A stretch of 63,629 bases of DNA, filler included, from Octopus bimaculoides (Eukaryota), in assembly GCF_001194135.2 (NCBI RefSeq). It is 7 parts of 7 records of this genome, joined end to end, with 100 filler letters (N's around TTAATTAATTAA, not from the genome) between each part and the next. Parts side by side here need not be neighbours in the genome. Positions count along the whole stretch, not along the records: positions 1 to 15,656 come from NC_069001.1; positions 15,757 to 21,995 come from NW_026398591.1; positions 22,096 to 36,550 come from NC_068986.1; 4 more parts are not named here. One strand, written 5' to 3'. Of the stretch, positions 12,848-25,400 are shown one piece after another. How positions within the stretch are numbered: position 1 is the first letter of the stretch; the number at the start of each line of letters is the position of its first letter. The notes beneath the pieces were generated by a model, which saw only the letters and a list, made by a program, of their open reading frames with translations, was not told the DNA's origin and did no database searches. Made by a program: the position numbers and the translations under genes.

Positions 12848-12985
12848 GCAAGCAGGGAGTTAGGCAGAGAAATAGTGTATATATGTATGTATGTTTGTAT
12901 CTTTGCATGCAAGTATGTACATAACAGATAATTACAGAATTAAAAGAAATATATATATTCTTATATATACTGTTGTATGTATGTG

Positions 12986-13032
<47 letters not shown>

Positions 13033-13363
13033 CTAGGTTTGCAATATCTTAGTCAATAGTAAACTTGTGGAGTAGGTGTATTGGTTTTAAAGTACAACGA
13101 TATAAGTAAATATGTACGAAGAGTTGCCTAGTAAACTCTAACGCAACTTCTTTTCTAAGTTGCATATTCTCAATTAATTAGCTCTACCTTTCAGGGGAAA
13201 TATCTTGTAGATTAACATTTGTTGCATAAAATTTTTAAAAATCTGCGTGAAATAAGCTAAGAATGAGGAAATATATATNNNNNNNNNNNNNNNNNNNNNN
13301 NNNNNNNNNNNNNNNNNNNNNNNNNNNNNNNNNNNNNNNNNNNNNNNNNNNNNNNNNNNNNNN

Positions 13364-13409
<46 letters not shown>

Positions 13410-13699
13410 AAAGAATTGATTGTAATTCAGTACGTAAACCCATTATAATAAGAAAAAATTTCGTTTCTTTAATTACAAGGAAGCTAAATGCATATGAATG
13501 GAGAAAGGAAATAAGATCTGAATTTAATTCGGGTGAAATGTTTAGTATTATATATGTGAAAAAAATAATTACAATAAAAGGAAAAAGGCAAAGAAATATG
13601 TACACATATTCACACATTATCATACAAATATATATGTATCACGTGCGAATGTGTGTGTGTGTGTATACGTATATATACACAGATGGATATTGATGTCAA

Positions 13700-13880
13700 A
13701 TTATGGCACTAGGTCAGTAAGTTCAAGCGTAGGGAAAGTCGATTAAATTGACTTCAGTGCTCTACTGTCACTTATTTTATCGATCCCCAAATGATGAAAC
13801 ATAGAGTCGACCTCGGCAGCATTTAATCTCAGAACGTAAAGACGGACGAAATAATGCTAAGCATTTTGCCCGACGTACAC
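13700..13880 (-). mobile_element. SINE-like repeat (family B, GGCAAAATGCTTAGC..CGTTCTGAG..CCGAGGTCGAC)
   Basis: Reverse complement matches the plus-strand copy at 52730-52835. Confidence 0.75.
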
Positions 13881-14378
13881 CACTGATGGATATTGAGAAC
13901 GAAGCGTAGCTGATTTATATTTAAGAAACTATTCATTGAGAATAAGCAGAAAAGTAAAATGAAAGAAATTTTATTATGGAAGTTGATATATAATATTTGA
14001 TATATTAGACACTTTCTCGCTTCGCTGTTAAACCCATTCAGGCTACAGCCGATCACTTACCATTACAAAGGACTCTGCATCAGTTTTAGTTACTGGACCT
14101 CACCTTAGCCAAAAGACACACACTTTCAACACCTAGTATTTGCTAAACCGTCATCTTTGAATTTATCAGATAGTCAACGATTACTCTATGATTATTAACC
14201 ACACGGCGTATACCTACTACACAAAAGGCTCAGTGCTTCCCGTCTCCTTCGGAACTTCGTGTAAGCTGATTAGATCTTTGCCTGTTGTATGCTATCTCTC
14301 GCACCGCCTGAACTTGATTACTATTCTACAGGTTAATTCAAAACTCGAGATACATAGGCACAGTTTATAAGAAACAGT

Positions 14379-14694
14379 TTATAGGAAGAGTTTCTTTTTG
14401 TATTTAACAGTCTCTATATGGTTACCTTTGTTTTCAATACACATTGCAATACGTTTACCCCATTCATTGTGAACTTGTAATAGCTTATCTGGTAATACGT
14501 GTGCAAATGAATTGGTGATGCGTTCCTTCAAATGATTTATGTATTTTATCTTTCCGCGATACACCATGCCTTTCAAATGCCCCCAAAGATAGAAATCCAG
14601 AGGGGTCACATCAGGGGATGTAGGGGATCTTATAAAATGTCTATTATAAAAAGAATACACTTTTCCTACATATGGAGACTTTTGAATCACCCTG
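14379..14694 (-). mobile_element. Internally deleted Tc1/mariner element; transposase C-terminal remnant
   Basis: SPTSPDVTPLDFYLWGHLKGMVY...LKERI...CIENKGNHIE matches the (W/Y)SPDLxPxD C-terminal motif; TA|CAGGGTGATTCAAAAGTC TIR-like end at 14694. Confidence 0.9.
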
Positions 14695-15612
14695 TAATAC
14701 AAACAACAAGGCAGATGACTGGAGATATCCATATAGTCATGTCCTTCTATATTCCATTCTCAACGAAAAATCCGAAGACCGAGCCCCCACTCTACTTCAA
14801 TACACGGATTACAGCAGTTCAGGCCAAGAACTTACTGAACAGTTCAAATAAAGAACTTCGTACCAGGGACTTGGCAGCGCTTACGTAATATGGCAATACC
14901 AGCAAGACAATCGTCATGTGTCAAGATGAAAAGTTTCTTGCAGCATACAGCATGTAAGCACTTACAGCCGACTCTTGCCATAAATGTCCTCCAAGAAATA
15001 CTTACTGCTCACAAGGCAGTTAGAATTCCTGCAATGTTCCGTTCTCTGTGATCCAATTTCGAATAACACCAAGTATCTATCTCTCGTTCATGCAATCAGG
15101 ATAAGACAGTACTCGCCTGGCACTACTGAAATCCACGTACGTTCTTGTCACATCTCGATGTAACACTTCAGGAAGTATAGTGCATGGATGCCTAGAGTCT
15201 GTGTGTGTGTGTATGCGGGTAAACTTGTACTCAGAAGTGCACTCATGATAGTACATATATATATATTGCATGTATAATGTGCATTTGTATGCATATATTC
15301 ACCAAGTTACTTCATGTGGAATATTTCTAAGATGTTTTACACATGTTCAGTTATCTTTTAATCAATTGCATCAGCAGATAGCTAGTCAGCTGTCCGTCTC
15401 CTTCATTTCTTGGAGAACCCAAGTTTTGCTTGGTTGCTATACAGACCTGTTGCCACGTAGCTCAGTATGATTTTGATAGTAGCCTGGACAAATGTATGTA
15501 GGTTTATAATCAGCTGGCTATACATATTCTCCATTATATGTATGCATTGATGTATATACATATGTATGTATGTATGTAAATTTGTAAGTATGTATGTATG
15601 TATGTATGTATG

Positions 15613-15656
<44 letters not shown>

Positions 15657-15700
15657 NNNNNNNNNNNNNNNNNNNNNNNNNNNNNNNNNNNNNNNNNNNN

Positions 15701-15712
15701 TTAATTAATTAA
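15701..15712. other. Artificial six-frame-stop scaffold spacer TTAATTAATTAA (also at 22040, 36595, 45920, 60114, 62169)
   Basis: At 15657-15756 the 12-mer is flanked by 44 N on each side (100 bp total); the other five have the same layout. Confidence 0.95.
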
Positions 15713-18700
15713 NNNNNNNNNNNNNNNNNNNNNNNNNNNNNNNNNNNNNNNNNNNNCTTCAAATTTCAAATGCGTCGGCAATACAACACTAACATCATGG
15801 GAGATTGAAGGAAGATGTGCATAAATAAATACTCAAAAAGCATGAATTTTTATGACACGTGTTCTGGCCACATAAATCATAAATGTATTTTAGGAACAAT
15901 AGGGGAGGGGTATATTATTTCCTTACTGACCATCGATACATCTATGTAGTTTATAATACACATTTGATGTGATAAATTGCGTGTTAGATTAATTCGAGTT
16001 GGATCTCAATGTACAACCAATACTCTTTCCTCTGCATCAAGCACATCCTCATTGTCAACGAGTGAAATCTCGCACTCATTCTCTCGCTAAATCGTTCTCA
16101 TTCCTTCTCTTTCGTTCCCACCTTATCTTTTGCGTCTTTTGCAGACTCTCTATTGTCTTCATCTTTTTTTAATTTTCCATTTTTTTTCTATCAAAACATG
16201 CATCAATCTTTTTCGTGCATGGTAAAAATGTTACATAAATCATTATGACTAATTTATCTTTCTCTTTAAAACAAATTATTTGTTAGAATATTGGTTAGTG
16301 CACTTATTATACTATGTAATTAATGTTTTAGAGGGTTAGGAGTTTGAAATGTACTATATGTCTCCTGCATTTACAAACATCTTGTAACTTTATTTATGAA
16401 ACTATTTCAATGAGTAGTTCTCATATTTCTCACATTAGATCAGTACGTTGTATAATCTTGAACTTTGACGGTTGCACATTATTCAAAGTGTCTTTCGATG
16501 GGTATTTTGCTTATATTCCATTAAAAAAATTATATAATGTTCAATAAATATTGTCACATTTCAAATAACATTAAATCCCGAGAGCCACGCATAAATTGAA
16601 ATAATATTCATTCGCTTTATCATGTTATAATAGGGTTCCCTTTCGTACAGAAAAAAAAATCATATGTGAAGGAATAATTGTGTTTGTTTGCGGGAGTGTG
16701 TCCTAGTGTTATAGCGTGTATATGTGCGAGTTGTGTTGCCTGTAATATTTAATGTATTTGACAGACCATAATTATGAAAAGGTAGTGTACACCAACCAAT
16801 GAATCTATTCACATGTATGGGGATTTCCTGAAGAGTACACGCCAGGCATGTTTCTGAGCTAGATAACCCATTCAGAGACGAAACCTTTTAATGCGTTATC
16901 TAGCTCAGATTACGCTACACCTCCAGCGGCTAGTAAATCTAATACCTATTATACAATTTTTGTTACTCCCTATTAATTTGCAGTTACTGAAACTTTTGGG
17001 AAGATCATCACCTTCCTCCTGTTCGAGGTACTTTATCTATTAAACATTATTTACTGTAGGTATGAATTTTTCCACTGCAGGTTTTACATGAGTTTATTAA
17101 TAAGTATACCAAGTTCTTTATTGTACATTACTTCTCTGTTACTACTTCATGTTGATGTGAAGATCTGGTTGGAATTAGTTCACTTACCACAACTTTAACT
17201 CTCAAAAGCTAACTTTCGATTACTTTCCACTTACATTGACTGTCATGATATATACTACCTCATAAACATTCGGTTTTCATGTTTCGTCACTCAATATGCC
17301 CAACGACCTACACCATTTGTATATGTGAGTGAGTGTGTGTGTACTTTCTTTTAGCATTTGAATTTATGCCTCTATACGTATACATGCAATGATTCTTACC
17401 TATATCATTTCAGCATTTTTCTCGCATAATTTCTTATTACAAACATTACATTATATTTAAGTACGTTCCAGCATTCGTCTGCTGGTGTGTTTTGCGTGTG
17501 TCTGAAATAGTAGCTTCAAACAATTGTAGTGCTCGTCTACTTCTTTCATCCTTTTTGTTTACAGAATACATTATCTCATTGCATGTAAAAGTACTTGCAT
17601 TCAATATGGAGTGGTATTACACCTGTCATATTAGCAAAATTTTCTGTTTAATATTGATACGGAACGAATTGCATTTGACCCATTGCTTAATTAATTAATA
17701 AGTTTTATGGCTTAACTATTGAGTCTTCTGGGTTTTCTACAACAGCTGTGGTCATTCTAGAGGACTAACCAACTGCGTTTTACCAGGATCTTTCGAATAA
17801 TCCTAGTATAGTATGTGTCAGTGTGTATACATACATATATACATACATGCATGCATGTATGCATACGTACATACATGCATGCAGACATACATACATACAT
17901 ACATACATACATACATACATACATACATACATACATACATACATACGTATGTGTCCATGAGGCCTTAAATTAATGGAAACTTGATACTTTTATTTTTGGT
18001 ATACGTAATTAATATCGTCAAAGCATATTTATAAAAATATTATTTACCTAAATTCTATTCCATTTAGCTAAATTGTATTTATGAAAGTACAACATTGATA
18101 CTACTCAAATAGAATAAGCGAGAGGTAAACCTATATTCGATAATTTCTAGAGGTATTCGTCATTTTACAAACGTTTCTAGTTTCATTTATCTGGCGTCTA
18201 TTGCAAAACTTCTTGGCCACAAGCTACAGAAATTGAGAGAAACCGACATTAACATTAATAAGGAATCGGTATTCAAATGTACTAAAATAATATCAATTGT
18301 AAATTGTAATCTATACAATATGGGTTTCATGATAATGTCGGGGGCATGTATATATGCATGTACATACATACATACATACATACATACATACATACATACA
18401 TACATACATACATACATGCAATCATGCATTTATACATATACTTTCAGAAAGTCAAATACACTTGGACAGAACCATCCACATTCTTTTAAAATTTTCTTGA
18501 ATTTTATGTGAAGAAAACAAGTTCTTGAAAACAAGTTACTCAGAGGCCATGGTTTTGGTATGATGAGAGTGAAGGATCTGGACCTTACCGTTCATTGTTT
18601 GTAGCCAGATTTCAGTATCTAAAATGGGTAATCTTATAGTTAGCGTGCTTACTAGGGTAGTTTATCGTTATTTCTATGCTCTGGTGGATGGAATTAGCTA

Positions 18701-18749
18701 TTTGCTGGATGCTCTCCATATTGTTGACTTGTAGATCATTAACACTGTC

Positions 18750-21270
18750 TTATAGGCATGCTTTGGCTACTATGTTGATATCATCCACGTAGCGGGAGTG
18801 CATGTTTAGGTTTATGGAGTTCTCTTGTACTTTCTCTTTAAGTGTCCTGTCCCACCATACCATAAATAGGTTAGCCACATCGCCAGTCATACTGCCACTG
18901 ATGGCTGCACCTTCCTTTTGGATGTATATCTTGGTATTAAACTGAAATATATGGCTATTGAGTGAAGTCTTGTTACTCCCACCACCGGCATATGCGACCA
19001 TCTTTTTAACCTGATCTTTACTTTCGGGGGAATGTATACCTCTGGTCCACCCATTCCGTCTGTGATTAGGGGTCTTCTTGGTCACAGAAGTTATAGTGGG
19101 CGGGGGTGTTGGCTAACTCTTATCGATCTAGTGGTGCAGAAACAACTAATGCCATGCTTATCTAAGTAGTCTTTGTCGCATGTCAGTCTCAGGAGGAGCC
19201 TAGTTCTTTACTGTCAACATCATGGAACTCTACCTTGCACACGACAGTAAAATCGACATGAATGGATGAGTATAGGGACACTACGTCCATACTACCTGTT
19301 ATGCATCCTGTCAGTTCGTGGGCATGGTTGCACTCATTGATTATTGGGACATTTTTATTAGAGGGTACATGATCATTGAGAGGAAGTAGGAGATCCGGTA
19401 GTTGTTGGCAACATTGGCTCCGCAGACCGGTCTCATCGGTTATCCTGTCACTGGGTCAGTGGTCATCTTATGGTCCTTGCGCAGTCCGTACAGGGATGTC
19501 CTTACTGCTGGCCTAGAAGTTGTTGGCCCCTGCGCTTCTTTGCCCCTAGCATGTTTGACTACATCATCATATGAGCGTTGAGAATCATCTCTCTTTCTCC
19601 TCATACAACTGTATCGGAGTTTCCTTCATGTTGGTGATGTGAGGTTGCATCACCTGGATGTAGTTCGGCAGGCTGTCTACCGACATTATGCAGGAGCTGT
19701 TCGTGTGGAAGCACACATCTTCCTTATTCCTTGTGTGCTGTATGAGCCAGCTCAGGCCGCCTGTGGACATCTTGTCCAGTTGATGTACCTTTCTACCATT
19801 CCGACCACTAATATATTGTTTGTCTAATTTGTCTAAGTTTAGTACTGCCTATGGTGAAGCGTGTTTCAATTTCGTCATGGGTTTGCCAACTTTTGTTCAA
19901 TGGTAAGTTTTTCGGATAAATACGGCTAATATTGTATGATTTTATCCCATAGATTGAAAAATAGGGCATGGAAGTATAGGTGTCATGTGTATTCGTTGTA
20001 CCACTATCTATCATAACATTTCTCTGGTTGTGTCTGTCGTTGTTGTTACAGGTGGTGGTGGTGGTGGTGGCGGCGGCGGTGGCGGTGGTGGTGGTGATGT
20101 CGGTGTTGATGGTGGTGGTGTTTCCTTGTGTGTTTTTGTTGCCAGTAATGTTTGTATTGGTTTGCATATTTACATAGTTGTTTCTATTATTGTTGTAGTT
20201 TTTCGCAGTCTCATTATCGCCGTTCTTCTTATTGTTATAGTTGTTGTTTATACTCTTACTACCATCCACGACGTTAACCTGATGGCTCTTATCTCCCGCT
20301 CTGCTGACGTTACGTTTGTTTTCATTAGCTTCACTGTCCCTACTATGGCTATTCTAGCCCCTAAATGTGGCGTGCTTGTATCTGTCCATGTTTATCTGTG
20401 ACTGTTATTCTTGTTGTTACCATTATCGTTCTTACTCGTGGCATTAGTCTTTCGTATGTTGACCTATCCCTCACCTGCATCCCTTTCTCCATTGCTGCTG
20501 GTGCTGAACTTGACCCATATTCTAAAGTTGTTCTTGTTCATGTATCATTTGGTGTTTCTCTGTTCGATCATACTATCCTCTTGATGTTTTTCTGTTGTTA
20601 TTGTTGCAGCTGTTTGTGAGGTTGTCATTACTGTTGTTGTTGTTGTCGTCCTTGTTATTGTTGCAGCCGTTTATGGAGTTACCATTACAGTTGTTTTATA
20701 AGTGGTTGATGTTATTGTCGATATGTTCAGAGGAATTATTATTGTTGTTACTATTGTTGCTGTTTATGTTATAGTTTGCGACCGTGTGTGTCGTTGTTGT
20801 TGTTATGTTTATTCAGGTTCCAACAAATTTTTGTGAATTATTTTTCTATTTCAGTGAGAGAACGTATTATATTTACCTTTCTGTATTCGGTGAACTTTAG
20901 TGGTAGTCAGAGTATGGACTATTCTGAATTGTTTATCGTATCTGCATAGTTGTTCACATTACTGTCAATGCAGATTTCGGCCGTTAGTGAGCTATCTTCC
21001 ATATATTTCCCATCGATCATATCCAGGTGCCTACGTTTTTCTTCCTGTTTGATTATACATTCTTATTTATACCTTATCAATGTGAGTATCTTGTTGAAGT
21101 GTTTCTCGCATTTTCGTCTAACACATATACTTTCTTAGTGTATAATGTTCATTAAGGTTGTTCTCTCTGTTAGAATGGTGATGCATTTTACATCCCGTAG
21201 TAACATACGTTTCTGTTTTTCTAGTTGGCTCAGTTCTGTTCACATTTTGTTCTTAGTATTTTATGTTATT
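18750..21270 (-). mobile_element. Penelope-like retroelement, N-terminal region and reverse transcriptase (pseudogenised)
   Basis: Minus-strand motifs in PLE order: STKLR, LYGLRKDHK (19493-19467), PMRPVCGA, GSMDVVSLYSSI (19296-19261), YIQKEGAAISGSMTGDVANLFMVWWD, RYVDDI (18794-18777); several stops and frameshifts. Confidence 0.9.
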
Positions 21271-21284
21271 GTTCTTTTTAGTAT

Positions 21285-21995
21285 TCCAGCCTGTCCTTAT
21301 GCAATTGGAAAGACACATACAACACTTCATCCACCGCATGTAGTTCTCTGGCTACAACCAAAGGGAGAAGATTAGAAGGTACAAAAGTGCGAGGACTACG
21401 TACAAAACCATTAGAGAGAATGATACTACGGGGATCTGCCCGCTGTACAGGCGTAAATCCTGGAACGGTACAGGAAGGAGCAGTAATATGATAAACAACG
21501 CCAACACTTGGTATGACAAGAAATACCAGAGTGTCATGTTCGTCCATGCTACCCTTGGCGGCGAACTAGCATATGTTTTTAGAAAAACATTAACATTAAT
21601 CTACGAGTTACAGTAGTAGTGAGTTGTGGTGCCGCATTAAAATCCCTGATCTGCAATACCTATCCCTTTGATAAGTTTCCCGTACGGAGTACAATTGCGT
21701 TGTATGTAAGATGAACCCGCGGGTTAACTGTAAGGTCAGGAATGTAGTTTAGAGCTTACGAAGTACTGAGAGACACTGCAGAAACATGAAAACTACCTAC
21801 ATTGTAGAGACTGCGCACAGATTTGGAGAGCGTATAGGTGAACATTGGCGAGAGCTCAAAGTCAAAATCAAGTCAGTACCCTACCAATATGCTCATGCAA
21901 AACATGGAAGCTCGATTAATAGCATAGAGGTTGATGCATCATCGGCACATAGAATTGACACAGACGCTAAGCACATCACAGTAGACAGACCGAGC
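21285..21995 (+). mobile_element. Penelope-like retroelement, post-RT (thumb/linker) region and GIY-YIG endonuclease (pseudogenised)
   Basis: RM*FSGY..R..Y, GICPLYRRKSW, WYDKKYQSVMFVHAT, Cys-rich linker CVVC..NCKVRNVV*, YIVETAHRFGERIGEH, YAHAKH; runs into a gap at 21996. Confidence 0.88.
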
Positions 21996-22095
21996 NNNNN
22001 NNNNNNNNNNNNNNNNNNNNNNNNNNNNNNNNNNNNNNNTTAATTAATTAANNNNNNNNNNNNNNNNNNNNNNNNNNNNNNNNNNNNNNNNNNNN

Positions 22096-22149
<54 letters not shown>

Positions 22150-22563
22150 ACACACACACATACATATATATATATTCATGTGTATTCTGATGTGTGAATT
22201 GTATGAGCTTTAGGACCAAGCAATTGGAACCAATCGAGCGGCATATAGTCTCATATGTTGCCCATAAACATTAATAACAACCTCATTCTGTTTGAATAAA
22301 TCACTACAGCACCGTCGCATACATGCATGTGATGGTAAAACATGCAGTTTTCACAATGAAACTCACAGTCTGATTTTGAACCAGCCAGCCTCTAGGTATT
22401 GAGTGCTCCAATTTTCACTTGAATCTAATGAAGCAATGTATTTATGTATATATATATATGAGTAAGTGTATATGTGTATGTGTGTGTTTGGTATGTTTGT
22501 GATGTGTGTGTTCGTGATTGTGTTTATAGCTATGCAAGTATATATGTATATATACATGCATAC

Positions 22564-22600
<37 letters not shown>

Positions 22601-23242
22601 TATGTATATATATACATACACACACACACATCTATTAAGACTTTGTACGTAAATCTCTCTGCTTTTGCTTCTCCTCTCTTTTCTCTGTCTCATAATTTTT
22701 AGATTTCTATTTTTTTGTATATTTGTCTTTTATATTTCACATTTTATTATTTCTCACACCTTTACCCGCAATTCCCGTTTCCTTCCTTCCTCCCTTCCTT
22801 TTTCCCTTCCTTCCTTAATCCTCTCGATTTTTTACATTTTTTCTGTCTTTNNNNNNNNNNNNNNNNNNNNNNNNNNNNNNNNNNNNNNNNNNNNNNNNNN
22901 NNNNNNNNNNNNNNNNNNNNNNNNNNNNNNNNNNNNNNNNNNNNNNNNNNNNNNNNNNNNNNNNNNNNNNNNNNNNNNNNNNNNNNNNNNNNNNNNNNNN
23001 NNNNNNNNNNNNNNNNNNNNNNNNNNNNNNNNNNNNNNNNNNNNNNNNNNNNNNNNNNNNNNNNNNNNNNNNNNNNNNNNNNNNNNNNNNNNNNNNNNNN
23101 NNNNNNNNNNNNNNNNNNNNNNNNNNNNNNNNNNNNGTTTATTTCATTTTTTTCCCTTCATTTTCAAGTACCACCAAATCTGTCTTTGAATCGCACAGAC
23201 ACTACACCGCGACACATCACACGCTCATTCACACAACATCGT

Positions 23243-23284
<42 letters not shown>

Positions 23285-23303
23285 TCCATATGCATGTACA
23301 CCA

Positions 23304-23339
<36 letters not shown>

Positions 23340-24379
23340 CAAGCACACAGATTCACACCCTCACAGATACACATACGCTCCAAGATACCAATACACTCAA
23401 ACGTCAAGGCGTGTACACTCACATGCACATGCGCATACATATTCACACACATAGAGACATACAGCGACATTCATAATTCATACATTTCACACACTCGTAC
23501 AGCTATTCACGCATGCACATACAAACAGACACTAACCGATTCACTTATACATACGTCACATGTACACATACACACTTACATGTAAAGACGCGTATACCAC
23601 AAAAAAAATTCATACATTCGCACACACATATAGGAGCATTCATTTTCACATACACTCCACACTATTTCCATACACAAATACACCCACTGACGCATACATA
23701 CAAACACATACAATAACATACACACATAAAAAAGTACACACACACATACACATACATACACATACGCACAAACTCACATACGTGCTTCCAATTACACATA
23801 CGCAGTTGCAATTTCTCTCTCTCTTTCTTTCTCTCTCTCTCTCTTTCTTTCTCTCTCTCTCTCTTTCTTTCTCTCTCTCTCTCTTTCTTTCTCTCTCTCT
23901 CTCTCTCTCCNNNNNNNNNNNNNNNNNNNNNNNNNNNNNNNNNNNNNNNNNNNNNNNNNNNNNNNNNNNNNNNNNNNNNNNNNNNNNNNNNNNNNNNNNN
24001 NNNNNNNNNNNNNNNNNNNNNNNNNTTTCTCTCTCTCTCTCTTTCTTTCTCTCTCTCTCTCTTTCTTTCTCTCTCTCTCTCTTTCTTTCTCTCTCTCTCT
24101 CTTTCTTTCTCTCTCTCTCTCTCTCTCCCCCTCTCTCTCTCTCTCTGTATTTTCTGCTCTCTTCACTGTCTCTTTAAAATCCCATAAATCCGCGAATGAT
24201 TGTGGTAGCTTGACCTGTTAGAAATAGCAGCTAGCTCTTTCTCAATATATTTCCTATTGCCTTTAGAAAAGGATATGTTGGACAACGTAGTACTACATAC
24301 AATGGGATGATTAAAGGTGGCCTGGTCACGGCCGGATTGATTTTGATCATAGATTTGCTTCTTAGCAAGAGGTATGCCC

Positions 24380-24435
24380 AACTGGTACTTGTTTTATCGA
24401 CCCCGAAAGGATGAATGGCAAAAGTCAGCTTCTAA
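24380..24435 (-). mobile_element. Family B SINE-like fragment
   Basis: CAACTGGTACTTGTTTTATCGACCCCGAAAGGATGAATGGCAAAAGTC resembles 13760-13815. Confidence 0.55.
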
Positions 24436-24443
24436 CAATGGAG

Positions 24444-24478
<35 letters not shown>

Positions 24479-24637
24479 AAGCAGCAGCAGCAGCGAAGGC
24501 CTGAATATTAGTAACAAGAACGTCAAGAAGACGAAGATAAAGACCATCACCAACAGGAACAGGAACAATAACGTCTTCAAGGAGATGAAGATAAAGAACA
24601 GCCGGAGCGACAATATCGGCAACAGCAATATCAACAA

Positions 24638-24679
<42 letters not shown>

Positions 24680-25075
24680 CGACAATAGCAAAGACAACAG
24701 CAGCAACAACAACAGCCACAACTTGAAGGCGAAGAAGAACAACAACAGCGACAAGAAACAATAAGGACAACTACAAACATTAAGAGCAAAAACAAACAAC
24801 AATCACATCTCCAACAAATCTGGAACCTCCACTTTCGTCCTCCGCCTCTTCCTCTCTCTCTCCGTCTCCCCTCTCCATTCCCCCTCTCTCTCTGTCCTTT
24901 TTAAGGCCTTACACTCCCACTCTCATTCATACTTTCCCCTCCTCCTTCTCATATTCTCATTCTCTTTCCGTTTCTCTTTGTCTCTTTACTTCTCAGACAC
25001 GCAATCTTACTGTCTGACTCTCAATTTCTCAACCACACTCCCACATGCACACATACAAACATACATGCACAAACA

Positions 25076-25400
25076 CATGCTCACTCACACTCACATACAC
25101 ATACATGTGCACCCACGATTACATGTGTACACAGACACATGCTCACTCACACTCACATACACATACATGTGCACCCACGATTACATGTGCACGCAGACAC
25201 ATGCTCACTCACACTCACATACACATACATGTGCACCCACGATTACATGTGCACACATACACATGCTCACTCACACTCACATACACATACATGTGCACCC
25301 ACGATTACATGTGCACACAGGTACATGCTCTCACACACACATATCCACACATACATGCACATCCATAATTACATGTGCACACAGACATGCTCTCACACAC
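25076..25400. repeat. 62-bp minisatellite, about 5.3 copies
   Basis: Unit start CATGCTC recurs at 25076, 25138, 25200, 25262, 25324, 25386 (exact 62-bp period); first four units nearly identical. Confidence 0.92.

Noticed and set aside
14700-15200. Moderately GC-rich stretch with stop-poor frames next to the Tc1 remnant
   Set aside because: No recognisable RT, endonuclease or transposase motif; probably an old TE but not assignable
15657-15756. Repeated TTAATTAATTAA palindromes in gaps (6 occurrences)
   Set aside because: Fixed 44N-12-44N layout with stops in all six frames; an artificial scaffolding spacer, not biology
24411-24802. Asn/Ser-rich 117-aa ORF and its Leu/Val-rich antisense ORFs
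   Set aside because: Trinucleotide (AAC/AGC/AAG) cryptic repeat that is open in several frames; it begins inside a SINE fragment
25076-25400. Regularly spaced repeats as a possible CRISPR array
   Set aside because: Units are contiguous tandem copies with no unique spacers; eukaryotic context and no cas genes
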